The position numbers were made by a program, and so were the translations under genes. Below are positions 24,228 through 36,276 of a stretch of 47,902 bases of DNA, in pieces (position 1 is the stretch's first letter; every line of letters starts with the position of its first letter). The notes under the pieces were generated by a model. That model was given only the letters and a program-made list of their open reading frames with translations. It was not told the origin of the DNA and searched no databases. The DNA is from Fistulifera solaris (lineage: Eukaryota): the NCBI GenBank assembly GCA_030295235.1, contig AP026147.1:744001-791902 (forward strand), read 5' to 3'.

Positions 24228-25968
24228 TTAGAACTTTCCACCCGTAACAAAGTTTTGAATCATCTGCAAAGAGCGCTTTGGCTGATCTGTTGGGACCATG
24301 TGGCCGGCATCGTAAACTTGCAAAAAGTGAACCCATCCGATGTGCGTGCTTTTCCAACATCAAAATACTCATGAACATCGGCACCTTGAAAGCCTTTTTT
24401 ACCAATCCATTCCAGTTCATAGGTCCATTTTTCTGAAAATTTTGATCTTAATGAGTATAAGCACAAATGGACAACTTCAATAACACGTCAATTGACGTAC
24501 CATTTCCAATATAGTTGCAGATAAAGTCAACATCACCGACGTAAATCAAAGCCGGGTAGCCAGCATTTAACAATTCGGCAACGTATCCCGAGAAATCTTT
24601 CATCCAGTCGGTATGAAACTTCATGTTAATTCCAAAGTTGCATGATTCCCACGTGTGCGAATGCTTCTCGTCCACATGCAATGCCTTTTTCGTCTCTTCC
24701 CGGTTCAAGAAGTTCGAGACGTGCGAAAAGTCATAACAGAGGGGACGGACATCACACTTTTGCGAATATCGTAGGGGTTGAGACCCGTCATCTGATAAGG
24801 ACTGGTCAAGGCGGTGTTGCAAACCAAAAACGCTGTCTGACAGGCAAACGTATTGACAATAGAATCGCCTTCGTTGCACTTTTGAATCAAAGAAACGCAT
24901 CTCGGCACAGCATCTTTCATGGCTTGATAGGTCTCTTTGTCGACGACTTTAATGCCGTGCGAGTTATTCCATACCATGTCAGGATAAGCCGGATACTGCT
25001 TTTCGGGAGACGTCAGTCCATTACCAATGGCAAGACCCGCATAGGGTAGTTGAATAGTTCCATCACGACCTTCCTCATTACCTCGATAAATGCGATGGGA
25101 AATGCTAGGGACTGAAATTGATTCGTTGTATTTGTGAGGAAAACGTTGCAAGAACATGGGGCCCCACTATCTATTTCACTCACCATAATGTCCAGCGTAC
25201 GACTCCCCGACAATGTACAAAGGAGATTCCTGATACTCAGGGTAGGTCTGGAAGAAAGCCTGTAGGAAGTAGTAAGCATCTTCCGCTACCATTTGTTCGT
25301 TTGCATCCGTCTCTTGACCGTAGGAGAAGCCGACCCCCGCCGGTTGATCGAGCCACAAAACGTGTGCTGTTTCAGTCCACGAATGAGGATTGACCGTAGT
25401 GCTTTTCCCGTCTGGATTGACCGAACAAGGTCCATTTTCCGTCAACAACGCCAATGTAGAGGAGCAACCCGGCCCTCCTGTTAACCAAACGATCAAAGGA
25501 ATGGCCCCGTTGTCTTTTTGATGCCGACTCGCGCTTCTCAAACATCCAGAAGAACAAATGCTTGTCTTCCCCGTTCGCATCGTACTCACTACCTTTAATG
25601 TCCATATATCCTGCAATACTCTTGCTCGACGCATCGCAAATATCATCGTGACCTTCATTGACGTGAAGCGAGTGTACTTTATTCTTAAAAACAAACTGAC
25701 TCTTGGCTCGTGCGGCCGGCGTCTGACAATCAAAGACACCCGCCGGCAACTGTTTTGCTTGCTCGTGACTCATGCATTCTGAAGGAATCGCTCCTGCTTC
25801 ACACCATTCGCAACGTTCTCCGGTAGTTTCGTCGATCGTCTTGACACACGAGGTCGAATCGGTCGCTTGATTGCACGATGATTCGGGAAAAGAAGACCGC
25901 AACGACGAAGCAGTTGCTGCGGAAGCCGTCAAAAGGCTGTAAGCGGAGAAAAACGAACCAAATTTCAT
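24228..25968 (-). CDS. Serine carboxypeptidase, family S10; introns 25112-25183 and 24433-24500; frameshifts near 25517, 24758, 24324
   Basis: Signal peptide, WLTGGPGCSS, DQPAGVGFSY, GESYAGHYVP (catalytic Ser), GDVDFICN (Asp) and VYDAGHMVP.DQP (His) after splicing and frame repair. Stop TAA at 24228-24230. Confidence 0.93.
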
Positions 25969-26369
25969 CCTTTTGTTAATAATAAGGAGAACGAGCTGCT
26001 CGTAGTTAACAATATGCGTTCAATATGATGAACGAGAGCAATCTTATACGATTGAAATGTCTCTTTACCAACATCGCTGTTTTTCGATCTCGGCGGTACC
26101 AGGTATCATCGCAAATAAGATCATCACACTTCCGCGCGTTCCGCCGTTCTGCATGACAGAAGATCCGTTTCCGCGTTGTGACGTCAGCGGCTCGATGAAA
26201 CGCGCTTGATCCGTGACTAAACAATCAGTCTTGGCGACGAGCTAACTTGACTAACGAAAGAAAATATTTGAAAGAACATGCGGATAGAAATAGACAAGTA
26301 GAGATTTATTCAAAGCCTTGATGGTTAAATAAAGTAGCTTGTTAGCGGAGTATGAAGAATCATTACGAA

Positions 26370-27044
26370 TTACGCCATAGCTGCAGCGCAAGATCGTTGA
26401 GGCTCTAGCAAGACAAATTCCTCTTCCATAGAATGCATGAGAGGTAACAACCGAGCTCGGTTGTAGATAAGCCAGTCTTGACAAGCTTGGGCTGCTGTGT
26501 CAATGTAAAGATGCGAGTAAATGTGTCCCATGTTGTTCATTATGGCGAATTGCATGATTTCACTCGAAGGGAGAGTGCCTTGGCAAAGCTGGTAGAGTTG
26601 CAGTGTCTTATGATACAGAACGGTAGAATTCAGTTGGATGGCTTGCTGATGATGTAAAAGTGCGAGATTGTATAAAAGCACTGCGGCGGACACATTTGGG
26701 CTCGCTCGTTTCGAAAAGCGCATTGCTCGCTGACAGAAAACAAATACGCCATTGGGTGATACAACACCGAGTTCACTTCCGTCGACAAGAGGAGTCAATT
26801 GACTAACAATCGAGCACTCGCTATCCGTCGCAATAACTTCCTTTGATCGCATCATCTCTTGTATTACACCGAGACCTCGCTGAAAACATTGCATTGCTTG
26901 TTTTGTTTGATGCGTTTGAAGAAAGGCGATAGCTCGATTGTTCAAAGACTCCACGTCGAGCTCATTCGGTTGCGATATTTGTTGATACCGAGCACGAGGT
27001 GGCTTCAACGAAGCAGTGCGCGCGGATGGAGTTGCTTTCATCAT
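26370..27044 (-). CDS. TPR-like helical protein (paralog A)
   Basis: LNNRAIAFL..A..CFQRGL, AVLLYNLALLHH and IMNNMGHIY TPR-like motifs. ATG at 27044 or 27041. Confidence 0.7.
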   Translation of the reverse strand: MMKATPSARTASLKPPRARYQQISQPNELDVESLNNRAIAFLQTHQTKQAMQCFQRGLGVIQEMMRSKEVIATDSECSIVSQLTPLVDGSELGVVSPNGVFVFCQRAMRFSKRASPNVSAAVLLYNLALLHHQQAIQLNSTVLYHKTLQLYQLCQGTLPSSEIMQFAIMNNMGHIYSHLYIDTAAQACQDWLIYNRARLLPLMHSMEEEFVLLEPQRSCAAAMA

Positions 27045-27989
27045 GGCAAAAGAATGAATTAGGAGATCTAAATTGTTTGTGTGCATTTGGACGATGAAAG
27101 AATAACGTTTGGTCAAAAGTCGCCTCGTGTTTTTACGTCTAAAAAAGCCTCCTAAAGCCAAATGAACTAAAAAGTACTGAAACCAAGAAGCTTTATTAAG
27201 CCCGAGACCAAGACTCCTCCTTCCTCCTTCCTCCTCAAGGAAAAACGAAGAGATTGTCGGATACAGTAGAGTAGCTTTACTGAGGGGAGAGGGAGAAACT
27301 CTCCCAGCTTCAACTTTCAATCACAAGGATCGAAGATCGAAGCAAAGAAACGAGACAAGTTAACACCTATTTGGTATAGCGGAATCCAGTGATATGTGAT
27401 ATTATCTTTTCGTTACAAAATAAGGCTTCTTTTTTAATTATTGCTTTCATTCACGAACACGGCGATTGTTTAACTTCGATGCGTGCGTATTTCGTTATCT
27501 GTTCTTCGTTTCTTAGAAGGTACATTACACGGTCTACGTGTTACTGAAGTTAATGTCAAGTAGTTCCGAAGAATCTAGAAGAATCATCTTGGAAAGGTCT
27601 GCCGGTAATGCCGAAAGCTAAAGCCAGAAGCCGTAAAGGCCTGGCTTCTTGCTTCATGGTCATGCTACTCCGTACTCCGTAAGGTCCGTAGACTGAATTG
27701 CTAAGGTTAGGTTAGAACTCCAATCCAATTCCAGAATGAATCATGATTCTATGGTAAATACTAACGACCTCACACTCACCTCACGCTCCTATTGTTGATT
27801 GATTACTTGAAATTTTCATTTTTGCATCTTTGGGGCGACGACTCGGAAATGTCTTTCAATGAGCTGTGGAAAATGGAATTACAGGCAAGAAAACTAAAAT
27901 TACATTAGTACATTTGGCGAGCCTCTTTCAAAGAGCGTGATTAGTCGATGGTCCAAAAACGAATTAGCCAGCAGTTCATGTCTCCTGAA

Positions 27990-28663
27990 TCATGCTCCTG
28001 GGGCAGCTATGAGCACCGTGTTCATCACAAAGTCCTCCGGGGCTACAAAAGATACGTAACGTGCCCTATTCTTGAGCAGTGATTGTAGGCAAAATGTAGC
28101 GCGATCGAATTGAAAAAGATGGGAGCTGACATGTCCCAAATTGTTCCATAAGGCAAAATGATAAGCAGCACTTTGATTTGTAGCTGCCGTAGCTGTCTTC
28201 TGAGATAAGATGTAGAATTTAGCCGCTGTTTTGTAAAGGTCGGTTCGCTTGCATTGGATTGCTTGACGATGGTATACCAGGCCCATATTGTACAAGACGA
28301 CAGCAGTCGCACATTGTTCATCATTAACGGAATGAAGGAGGAGAGACCGATTGAAAAGACAAAGGAACCCTCGGGTGAAACACAATCTTCGTTTTGTTCG
28401 ATCTCGGGGGCGCCGTGGCATTCAATAGCTGCTGTGCCAAAATGGAAATTTCTAGATATCTTCTTGGTAGAGGAAAGAATAAGGCGAAGGCTCCTTTTCA
28501 AGCACGCGACGGCCTGCCGTGATTGACCAGCATATAGTAAAGCGACAAATTCATGGGTCGCTTCCTTTAGTGTCCTGCAACGCTTTCTAGAGCTCATTAC
28601 TCCCACCCTGTCGTAACTTGTCAAAGTGGAGACCGAGACGATACTTTCATAGTTCAAATTCAT
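27990..28663 (-). CDS. TPR-like helical protein (paralog B; frameshift near 28355)
   Basis: Co-linear with paralog A: VSPEGSFVF vs VSPNGVFVF, AVVLYNMGLVYHRQAIQ vs AVLLYNLALLHHQQAIQ, NNLGHV vs NNMGHI, and NRAR in both. Confidence 0.7.
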
Positions 28664-29106
28664 GGTAAGGAATGCAATGAAGCCGGTACCCTTTTGATAT
28701 GCTTTGGAAGGCGGCACAAGTGGGCAACAAATGAGCTTAGGCGTTCAATGAAAAGAGAATGAATAGAAGACGACAACTCAAACATAAAAGCATAAAAGCC
28801 GAATGAAAAGACGCTGGACACGTTTTCCTTTTTATAAAACACGAGACACGAGAAGCCTTTTACATCTGCTGTCGGTACTTTTAAACCTTATAGAGCTCGC
28901 AAGCAGAGTTAAGATCCAGAGTACATAAGAGACCATAGTAAGCCTAGAGGCCATTATCCAAGAAGTAACTATTCACCACAGTTTCGTATCACCACAATGT
29001 TAGTAATAGGCACTTTGTGCTTAAGCCCTATCTTTTACTGTAATAATTACCGAGTATAGAGGGTATAGTCTTAGGTAGCGGCGCACTATAGTTCGACGGC
29101 CTCTAG

Positions 29107-29358
29107 AATACCGCAATACCGTACGGTATAATACCAGTATAATACCGGTATTTCGGTATCTGGAATTTCGATACCGGTACTTGAAGTTAGTACAAACAAG
29201 ACTGGGGCACGTACGACTGGATTCCCGTTATTCCGGGGCAGTTAACGTGAAGATGAGAGAGCTTTGCCCACAAGGCGCTGGAACCCAATACGGTATTGAT
29301 ACGGTATGATACCGTCCAATACCGTATTCCGGTATCGAAAATCCTGATACCGGTATTT
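29107..29358. repeat. Low-complexity ATACC/GGTAT/ATACCGGTA motif cluster
   Basis: Two dense blocks (about 29107-29180 and 29286-29358) with ATACC/ATACG and their complements in both orientations. Confidence 0.7.
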
Positions 29359-29586
29359 GAAGAACTATACGGCGCACTGCGCACTCGTGCAACGAGTACC
29401 ACTACGTCTTTGTTCGGCATTATGCGTGACGCGTGACACGTTCCACCTTCCACTCGGACCATGCGCTTTAGGACTTAAGACCTAGGAAGTCGGGACTGGG
29501 AACTGGGACTGAAGTGTATTGCATGCAAATAGTACAAAACCTCCCAGAGTAACGAAGTCGAAAGATGAATCAACCGTTTCAAGCAA

Positions 29587-29608
29587 TACCTGGTACCGGT
29601 ACCAGGTA
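29587..29608. repeat. Perfect 22-bp palindrome TACCTGGTACCGGTACCAGGTA
   Basis: The sequence equals its own reverse complement. Confidence 0.9.
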
Positions 29609-29890
29609 CGGAAGGTGTGTGATTGTTTTTTATATTTTTTACGGAGTACGGGATATCTTTTTATGATAAAGATATTTGGAGGATGTCAAAACAGACGACA
29701 ACAATGACGAAAGGACGAAAGCTGATGAATAGACCCTAGAAGTGTTCAACTAGAGTAATAATCGTCATTGATTGCCTCGTGGCGGGTTACCAACAATTAA
29801 TAATTCCTTTTTAAAAAAATTGAAAGGTCGCATTCTTCCCATTATTGGATCCAGTTATCGAACAATTACTCACTCGAAAAACTTTGTGCC

Positions 29891-30171
29891 TAGAAAATCT
29901 TGGCTCGTGATTTCTACAAGGGAAGTTTGCGCATGTGCTGGCTTCATGAGCCCAAAATCTGGGGTGTCGGAAATCCAGGTACCGGTACACAGAAAATCTT
30001 TGTGAAAGGTATTCCTTTTGAACCAAAAAAAATCAAATCAACTCTGTAAACTTTCACGTCCCCAGAAAATCTGGAAGCAAGTGTTACATTCAGTCAGAAA
30101 ATCTGGTTGATTTGTGATTACGTCCCAGAAAATCTGGAGACGTGGGTAACTTCTCTTTTCCAGAAAATCAG
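29891..30171. repeat. Array of (C)CAGAAAATCTGG-type motifs
   Basis: CAGAAAATC cores start at 30063, 30095, 30126 and 30161. Looser copies at 29891, 29952 and 29990. Confidence 0.8.
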
Positions 30172-30332
30172 TTTAGGTTGGTTATTTCTTTATTTCTGTT
30201 ATTGCTCCTTATAAAAATGTCCCTCTTGTGTTGTCTTTTGCGTATGCGCCCTTGATAGTCCCTATCTGCAGAATATATCTGCCACACAATTCTGATTTGA
30301 GTAAGATATGATACGGTAAAGTGCTAGAAGAA

Positions 30333-31163
30333 ATGGAAGCAACACCACGTGGAAAACGAAAGCGAAATGCACACGCAAACACACAAGTGCTGAACTTCAT
30401 CGTCGCCGTTGTATCCTTTCTTCTGATTCTAGCGCTTGTTAACGTAATCTTCTTGCACAGTCACATGCATCGCTATACGAATCAGTCTGATCTCGTTTCA
30501 CAAAGTGTTTCCCGATCCGTAACCAAGAATAGCGACATTTCGTTGCCATCACTTTTCAAAACACATAATGCGACGCGTTTCCTTCTAGGCGATGTTGCAA
30601 CATGCCCTGGACTACCACGAACAGCCTGTTTGGAATCATCATACACTATAATAGCTCTCTGCTCGGAAATTCAGCTTCCTTTTGTTGTCCATAAAGTTTT
30701 ACAATGGATGCACGATCCATTTGTTCATCAGATCTTCCTCCTATTTCCTTCTTCTTTCCGAACGATTCTGCTGCAAGATACTTATTACGGATCCAGATTA
30801 TTACATTGGGAGCAGCAGCACTCCATACAGCTTTTATTTGCAGATTGTGTTCCAAAGGCTTTGCAAAACGTCCATGTATCCACCGGTGCAGTCGTTTGGG
30901 TTCCCGAGCCTAATGTGCTAGTGTCGACGAAGCAGATACGAGAGACCTTCGATCATTGGAAAATTGAAGCATCCCGCCCAATCTCTATCACCAGCACAAA
31001 AGGGATCGGAAAGCAGTGGTTTCTTTTACACCGTAACTGGCTGTGCGCTTTACAATCCATCACAAACTCAACAACAAGTGAGTGGGACGTCACATCATCG
31101 CATCATTTGCTTTCCCTTATGGCTCCCGTCTACCCTGCTGAATTCATTCAGAACATTTGTTGA
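30333..31163 (+). CDS. Type II membrane protein with degenerate GT64 (EXTL-like) domain
   Basis: Basic N-terminus plus TM. YTIIAL..P.VHQIFLLF and VSTGAVVWV......QIRETFDHWK resemble GT64 blocks, but there is no DxD. Confidence 0.5.
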   Translation: MEATPRGKRKRNAHANTQVLNFIVAVVSFLLILALVNVIFLHSHMHRYTNQSDLVSQSVSRSVTKNSDISLPSLFKTHNATRFLLGDVATCPGLPRTACLESSYTIIALCSEIQLPFVVHKVLQWMHDPFVHQIFLLFPSSFRTILLQDTYYGSRLLHWEQQHSIQLLFADCVPKALQNVHVSTGAVVWVPEPNVLVSTKQIRETFDHWKIEASRPISITSTKGIGKQWFLLHRNWLCALQSITNSTTSEWDVTSSHHLLSLMAPVYPAEFIQNIC

Positions 31164-31819
31164 TAGTAGCTCGATTTGGAATGTGCAAGACTAAGAAGTC
31201 AAGTCATTCAGGTTGCGGATTCGATTTGGTTGAAATACTATTTCCCTGCATACTGTCACATAAGCTTATTCCGAATGACACAGCTTTGAGTGAAGTCGTT
31301 GAGCTCACGTTTTGAGAAGATCGAAGAGAAGAAAATGTTGTTTAAAAGGGAAACTCGTTGCCATGTCCCGTGTCGAGTGCAATTTCTCAACGTGCTTTCA
31401 AAGATCTTGCGGAGCAAAATAACAGATAAATCACCCAGTGTTGCAGGTAGACCTTTACTGCTCTAATATATTAGTATGACATCTTTTAGCATCGCGTATA
31501 GTTGGTTGTCCGTTCTTTATGCAATCTAGCTCGTGAATGAATCCATTTGATTCACGCTTGAATCGCGGACCATTCAACCAAAATCGGGAGACGGACAGAC
31601 TACCATATCTCAAAAGGCGCGATAAAAGAGAAAAAAGACGAACGATGATGATGATGATGCGATGATCCGCCTTCCTGTTTACATGCATTACAAACGACCA
31701 TTCGTTTACCTGCAGCTTTGTGAATATCTCATTTACTGTCTGACAGTTTGATAGATTGAAATCTCCGAGTAAAAGCTTGTTCGACAACAGGAAAGCAGAA
31801 ATAATAATATTCAACAATA

Positions 31820-32491
31820 ATGGGACGGAGCGGAATAGCTGATCGAGAACCTTGTCCGTATCGCATTATCGACGATATTGGCGGTGCGTTTTGTATGGGA
31901 TGCATCGGCGGAGGAATATGGCATAGCGTTAAAGGTGCTCGACTAGCACCAGCAGGAGCACGAATGGCGGGTAGTATGTCAGCTGTTATCGCTCGTTCTC
32001 CTGTATTAGGAGGGCAATTTGCTGTATGGGGAGGTCTCTTTGCTTGCTGCGACTGCACTCTCACCGCAGTTCGTCAGAAAGAAGATCCCTGGAATTCTAT
32101 CATCAGTGGTGCCGCGACGGGAGGTATCCTCGCGGCACGTGCAGGTCCCCGAGCGGCGGCTTCGGCAGCAGCTGTGGGAGGAGTTTTGCTCGCTCTCATT
32201 GAAGGTATGGGAATTATGATCTCTCGCGCTTTAGCTCCGGCGCCTCCGACGGCGGAAGACTACGAACGAGCCATGCAGCAAGATGTCACGGCTCCTCCGA
32301 CGATGGGAGGTTTAATGCCGCGGAACCCTTTCATGTCGAGTGCGTCTGACGCATCCCAACCACCATCCCCACCCGCAACTGCGCCATCGCAGCCTTACAT
32401 GGAAACCGATGGTAGCACGACCTTTTCGAAGGAACCGACTGCGTCTTCGAATGAGTCGTCGGGATCAAACTGGTGGCCTTTTGGCAAATAG
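31820..32491 (+). CDS. TIM17: Mitochondrial import inner membrane translocase subunit Tim17
   Basis: [52 protein letters not shown] and [10 protein letters not shown]. Confidence 0.97.
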   Translation: MGRSGIADREPCPYRIIDDIGGAFCMGCIGGGIWHSVKGARLAPAGARMAGSMSAVIARSPVLGGQFAVWGGLFACCDCTLTAVRQKEDPWNSIISGAATGGILAARAGPRAAASAAAVGGVLLALIEGMGIMISRALAPAPPTAEDYERAMQQDVTAPPTMGGLMPRNPFMSSASDASQPPSPPATAPSQPYMETDGSTTFSKEPTASSNESSGSNWWPFGK

Positions 32492-32555
32492 ACACGCACT
32501 CATGGAAAGTATCATATAAACGTTGCCATTTTATACTCCGGTATTACTTAAATAT

Positions 32556-35500
32556 TCATTTGATATCACTATCGCTGTCTTCGCTGCCGCTGCTACTATT
32601 ATGAAGCTCCCGTGCTTTGCGCTTACTGGACTTTCCATCCACCAGTTCGTCTTCAATCTGTCCCCAGCTGTCAAATACTTTTATATCGATCAACATACCC
32701 CCGCTGTAACCACGCAATTGTCGAACGATGTCATGAATATTGTGAATCATCAACGTATCATTCTTCCAGCCATCGTTTAAGGCAGGTCTAGCGAACTGAG
32801 AATGTCGAGCCGAGAATGAACGAGGTTCTTGAGGTCGCCACAAAACAGCAATGACGTCGGGACAATATTGATTGTAGAAAAACAAAGCCAGGTCGCCCAT
32901 CTGATCACGCAAGCGCTGTACAAGTTCTGTTACCGGCTTCCATTCTAGCAATACGCGCTGATCTGGGAGTAGGTTGCGATATAACTTGATCCGCAGATCC
33001 TTCGGTCCTTGTCGAAGTAGCTGCATACTTCGTGTGTATGAGCTTACACCATCTCTTACCGATAAATCGGCTCCTGTGCTAGTGGACTCGTTGTCGACGA
33101 GCAAATCTGGGTCGATTCGTAACAAGGAACTATAAGAACGGAAAGAAGACGCAGTCTCTTGGAAGGCGGCTTGCCAATTATCTTCTTCTTGAGAATGTTT
33201 CTGGAGAAAATCACGGGTTCGGGCTGCCAGAGCTTGGGCTCGTTTTAGCACAACGATTTCGGGAAACATTCGAGAATAATAATTGCAAGCGTAAGACAGT
33301 TTTGAGCTTTGAGAATAATCATTCGGGGTCACAATATACATGGCAGGACCCTGAGCGAACTCAGATCCACGAACGCGTTCAAAAGTCTCGTTGATTCGGT
33401 GCCGCCCGTCCAGCGATATTTGATGCTGCGGGTCTACAATCAATGGCTCTCTGGCCCAATCGTGGTCCGCCAAAACACCTAGTACTCCAAGAAAGCCAGA
33501 TATGAAAGAAGCTGGACAGCCGAGCGGTGATTCCGTATATACGTGGCAGACCAATAGCTCGATTGTTTCGAAAGAAATCTGTCCTGACAAAAGATGGCTG
33601 GACAGCCATTTTTGCGTGAGACGAACAACGGTACTACTCGACGCGTGTTTGGTATAAACCGAGTGCACAAATGAGTGATGCGTCGATGCGACCAGGCAGC
33701 GTTTGAGTACAGCAGCATCATTCACGGAAGCAGTGTCGAGCAATTTTACTTCATGATCAGCTCGAAGAAACAATCGAAACACGTAGCCTTGGAAGGCAAT
33801 GTCAGCGTACTCATTTGTCACGACAGTACTACGCGGCGCAGAAAAGCTGGAGTATGTCATCGCTTCGATCGCGTCAGTGAGCTGAATTAACATCGCAGTT
33901 TTGGCCGCCGCTATAGCGGCAATGTCGTTTGGCCACTTTGATGATGCACCAAGTCGCAAAAGAATTTCTATGGGCTCACTCTGAATTGCACCAGTAGCCA
34001 CTTGGTCTTTAGTTGTTGGCCCTCCAAGTAGGGAATGTGGAATGGGAGGATAGAGGGAGACGTAACGAAGTGCAGGTGATAGTGGCTCCACAGCATCAAT
34101 CGTCAGTGGCAGACCCAACTTCGATATCTTCTCCGTCAAAGACCCTGCCACTGGTTCTGTGGCGATACTGTTCTTCCGAAGAAAGTCGGAAAAAGCTTCG
34201 AACGATTTCATCGCACCTCGATGCGCCGCGGCAGGATTGCCGGCGTCCCAGGCTTCTTGCTGTGACGCTGCACTCACAACATCCACTATGGATGCAATAT
34301 TCCGTAGATGGAACCGCAAGGATGAATTCTTTTCTTTCAAGAAGTGTGTTTCGAGAATATGACGTATTATGCGCTCCACTATTCCTCCTTGGTTTGTATC
34401 ATCATTTTGAAAAGAAAGAACTGAATCAGTATCGTCCCAGACGGCAGAATATATAATCGCCCCATCATTGAAGCGACGAAGTTCAGCCTTGGTACCCCAC
34501 AGGCTGGTAAACTCCTTGGATGCAACAGTATCGTCGGCTGGAGGACCTCGATCCACAAGTCGCCAACAGGTATCTGGGTCCAAGGAAATCCCAATTACAA
34601 GATTGTCGGATCCCGTCGCACTCTTAATTAAGTTCGCGATCGCGTTTTCTATAGGCTGGCGCGGTATTTCGTCAGAATCCCTGATGGCATCGAATACAGT
34701 ACCGGACGTGTTTCCATTTCCTGTCGTCAAAATTCTAACATCGCGCACGCGATCACCCAAAAGCCCGATGAAGCATTAAGACGATGGACCTAATTACCGC
34801 TTCGTATTCCCCCAACTCCGACACCCGCTTCCACACACCCGACTGTCTATTTTTCAATGAGGACAAGGGTACCGTCATGTAAGCGTCATACCGTTCATAA
34901 AACCGACGCGATGATTTCGGAAAAAGGAATTCGAAAGTATTGAACGAATGCAAAGCATCCAAACTCCTCTGCGATTCAATTTGCAGCGTGCGCATGAAGG
35001 AAGGCGAAGTGCTTCCCAAGTAGTTATAAGTCATGGATTCATCGAGGAGCACAGGACCGAGCGTGTAATGTTGTTGATAGTATTCGAGAAGTGTCGACGG
35101 TTCTCCTTCTTCTGCCTGGTAACAAACTGCCATCGACAACATTGGTGGCGACGAGCCGTGCTCACTGCCGTCACCTGACGGCATCACCAAAACTTGACGC
35201 TTCGTAGTATCCTCGCCTAGCCAGTTCGTTTGTGCACAACACTTGAAAAAGGCGGCAAGGATCTGCGACGGGGCCATTCGACTGTTTATTTGCTTAGTGC
35301 GGACAAGATATTCCAGAAGGACCTGCCAATCGTCAAATCCATCATGACTACGATACAGACCTCTCTTGAGGCACCAAATTTGAATCAAAATGACGGTTTC
35401 TGTAACGTTTTGACACTCGGTCGGTGGCGATGTCTGGAAGAGACGTTTTACGTGGTCCGTCAACATATGATTGTAGAACGGGGTTGTTTTTGCCTTCGTG

Positions 35501-36276
35501 CACCAAGGTTTCTTATTGCTATTGTGATGCATCAGATTGCAGCGATTGGGTAGTAGTCGTAACTTAGACGCCATCCAGTCCAAAGACTCCATTTCAAATG
35601 ATATTTGAACACGAAATCTCAACTTCTTCATAGTGCTGTTTTCACCCTTTTTCCTTTTCTTGTCGTGCTTCTTGACCTCCACTTGTGGAACCACCATCAG
35701 AAGAGGCCTTCTCTTATCTGCATGGTTAAACTCCCAGTACACTGACGAGATGAAACTCTTGTAGCGCAAACTTGCTAGCTCGGAAGCAACAACCGACGCA
35801 AGAATATTCCGTTTGTCCAAATATCTATTTCGCAAGTAATCTTTAGAGTCGAATAACGAGTTCGGTATGACAACAGCCAATTTGAACGTCGGCAATACAT
35901 TTCCATTTCCACGATATTTTGTCATGTATTGATGAGATTGCAAATGGCAATCGAGTGATTCTGTCCAAGGAAGTTCCATGGACTCAGCTGCTCGGTCAGA
36001 AATAAGCTTTGTCGGCAGTTGTGCAATGTACGAGTCGTAGTCGCTGTTTGTTAGAATCTTCGGTTTAATTTGCTTGATGGCAGTTTGAAGCTTTTCTAGA
36101 TAGTCTCGAGCCGCTGGAGCCCAACAGACATATCCATCTTCATGCTCATCCAGTGACAAACGGCATTCCTTTACGAGCAATTCGAGCTGCAACCGCAACA
36201 AGTTCGACTTGTGTAAATCGTGCACTGCGTCGGCCAGAAATTCGGCGTCTTTCTGCACGTCATCGACGTACTTCAT
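32556..36276 (-). CDS. NOL6: Nucleolar protein 6 / Utp22 (Nrap), one frameshift near 34760
   Basis: KSNLLRLQ, KDYLRNRYLDKR, RALGDRV, RLVDRGP, WG.KAELRRF.DG.I, SSKWP.DI.AI...KTA and DW..EPLIVD. Confidence 0.92.

Noticed and set aside
27045..27320. TTG-started extension of the TPR-like ORF
   Set aside because: Non-ATG start, no counterpart in the paralog, and it looks like promoter/UTR.
27703..27716. AGGTTAGGTTAG interstitial telomere-like sequence
   Set aside because: Only about two imperfect units, expected by chance.
28855..28866. GCCTTTTAC resembling U5 snRNA loop 1
   Set aside because: Flanks do not form the U5 stem and no Sm site is evident.
30060..30171. CRISPR array interpretation of the spaced palindromic repeats
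   Set aside because: Repeats (~13 bp) and spacers (~19 bp) are too short, alternate spacers are related, there are no cas genes and the context is eukaryotic.
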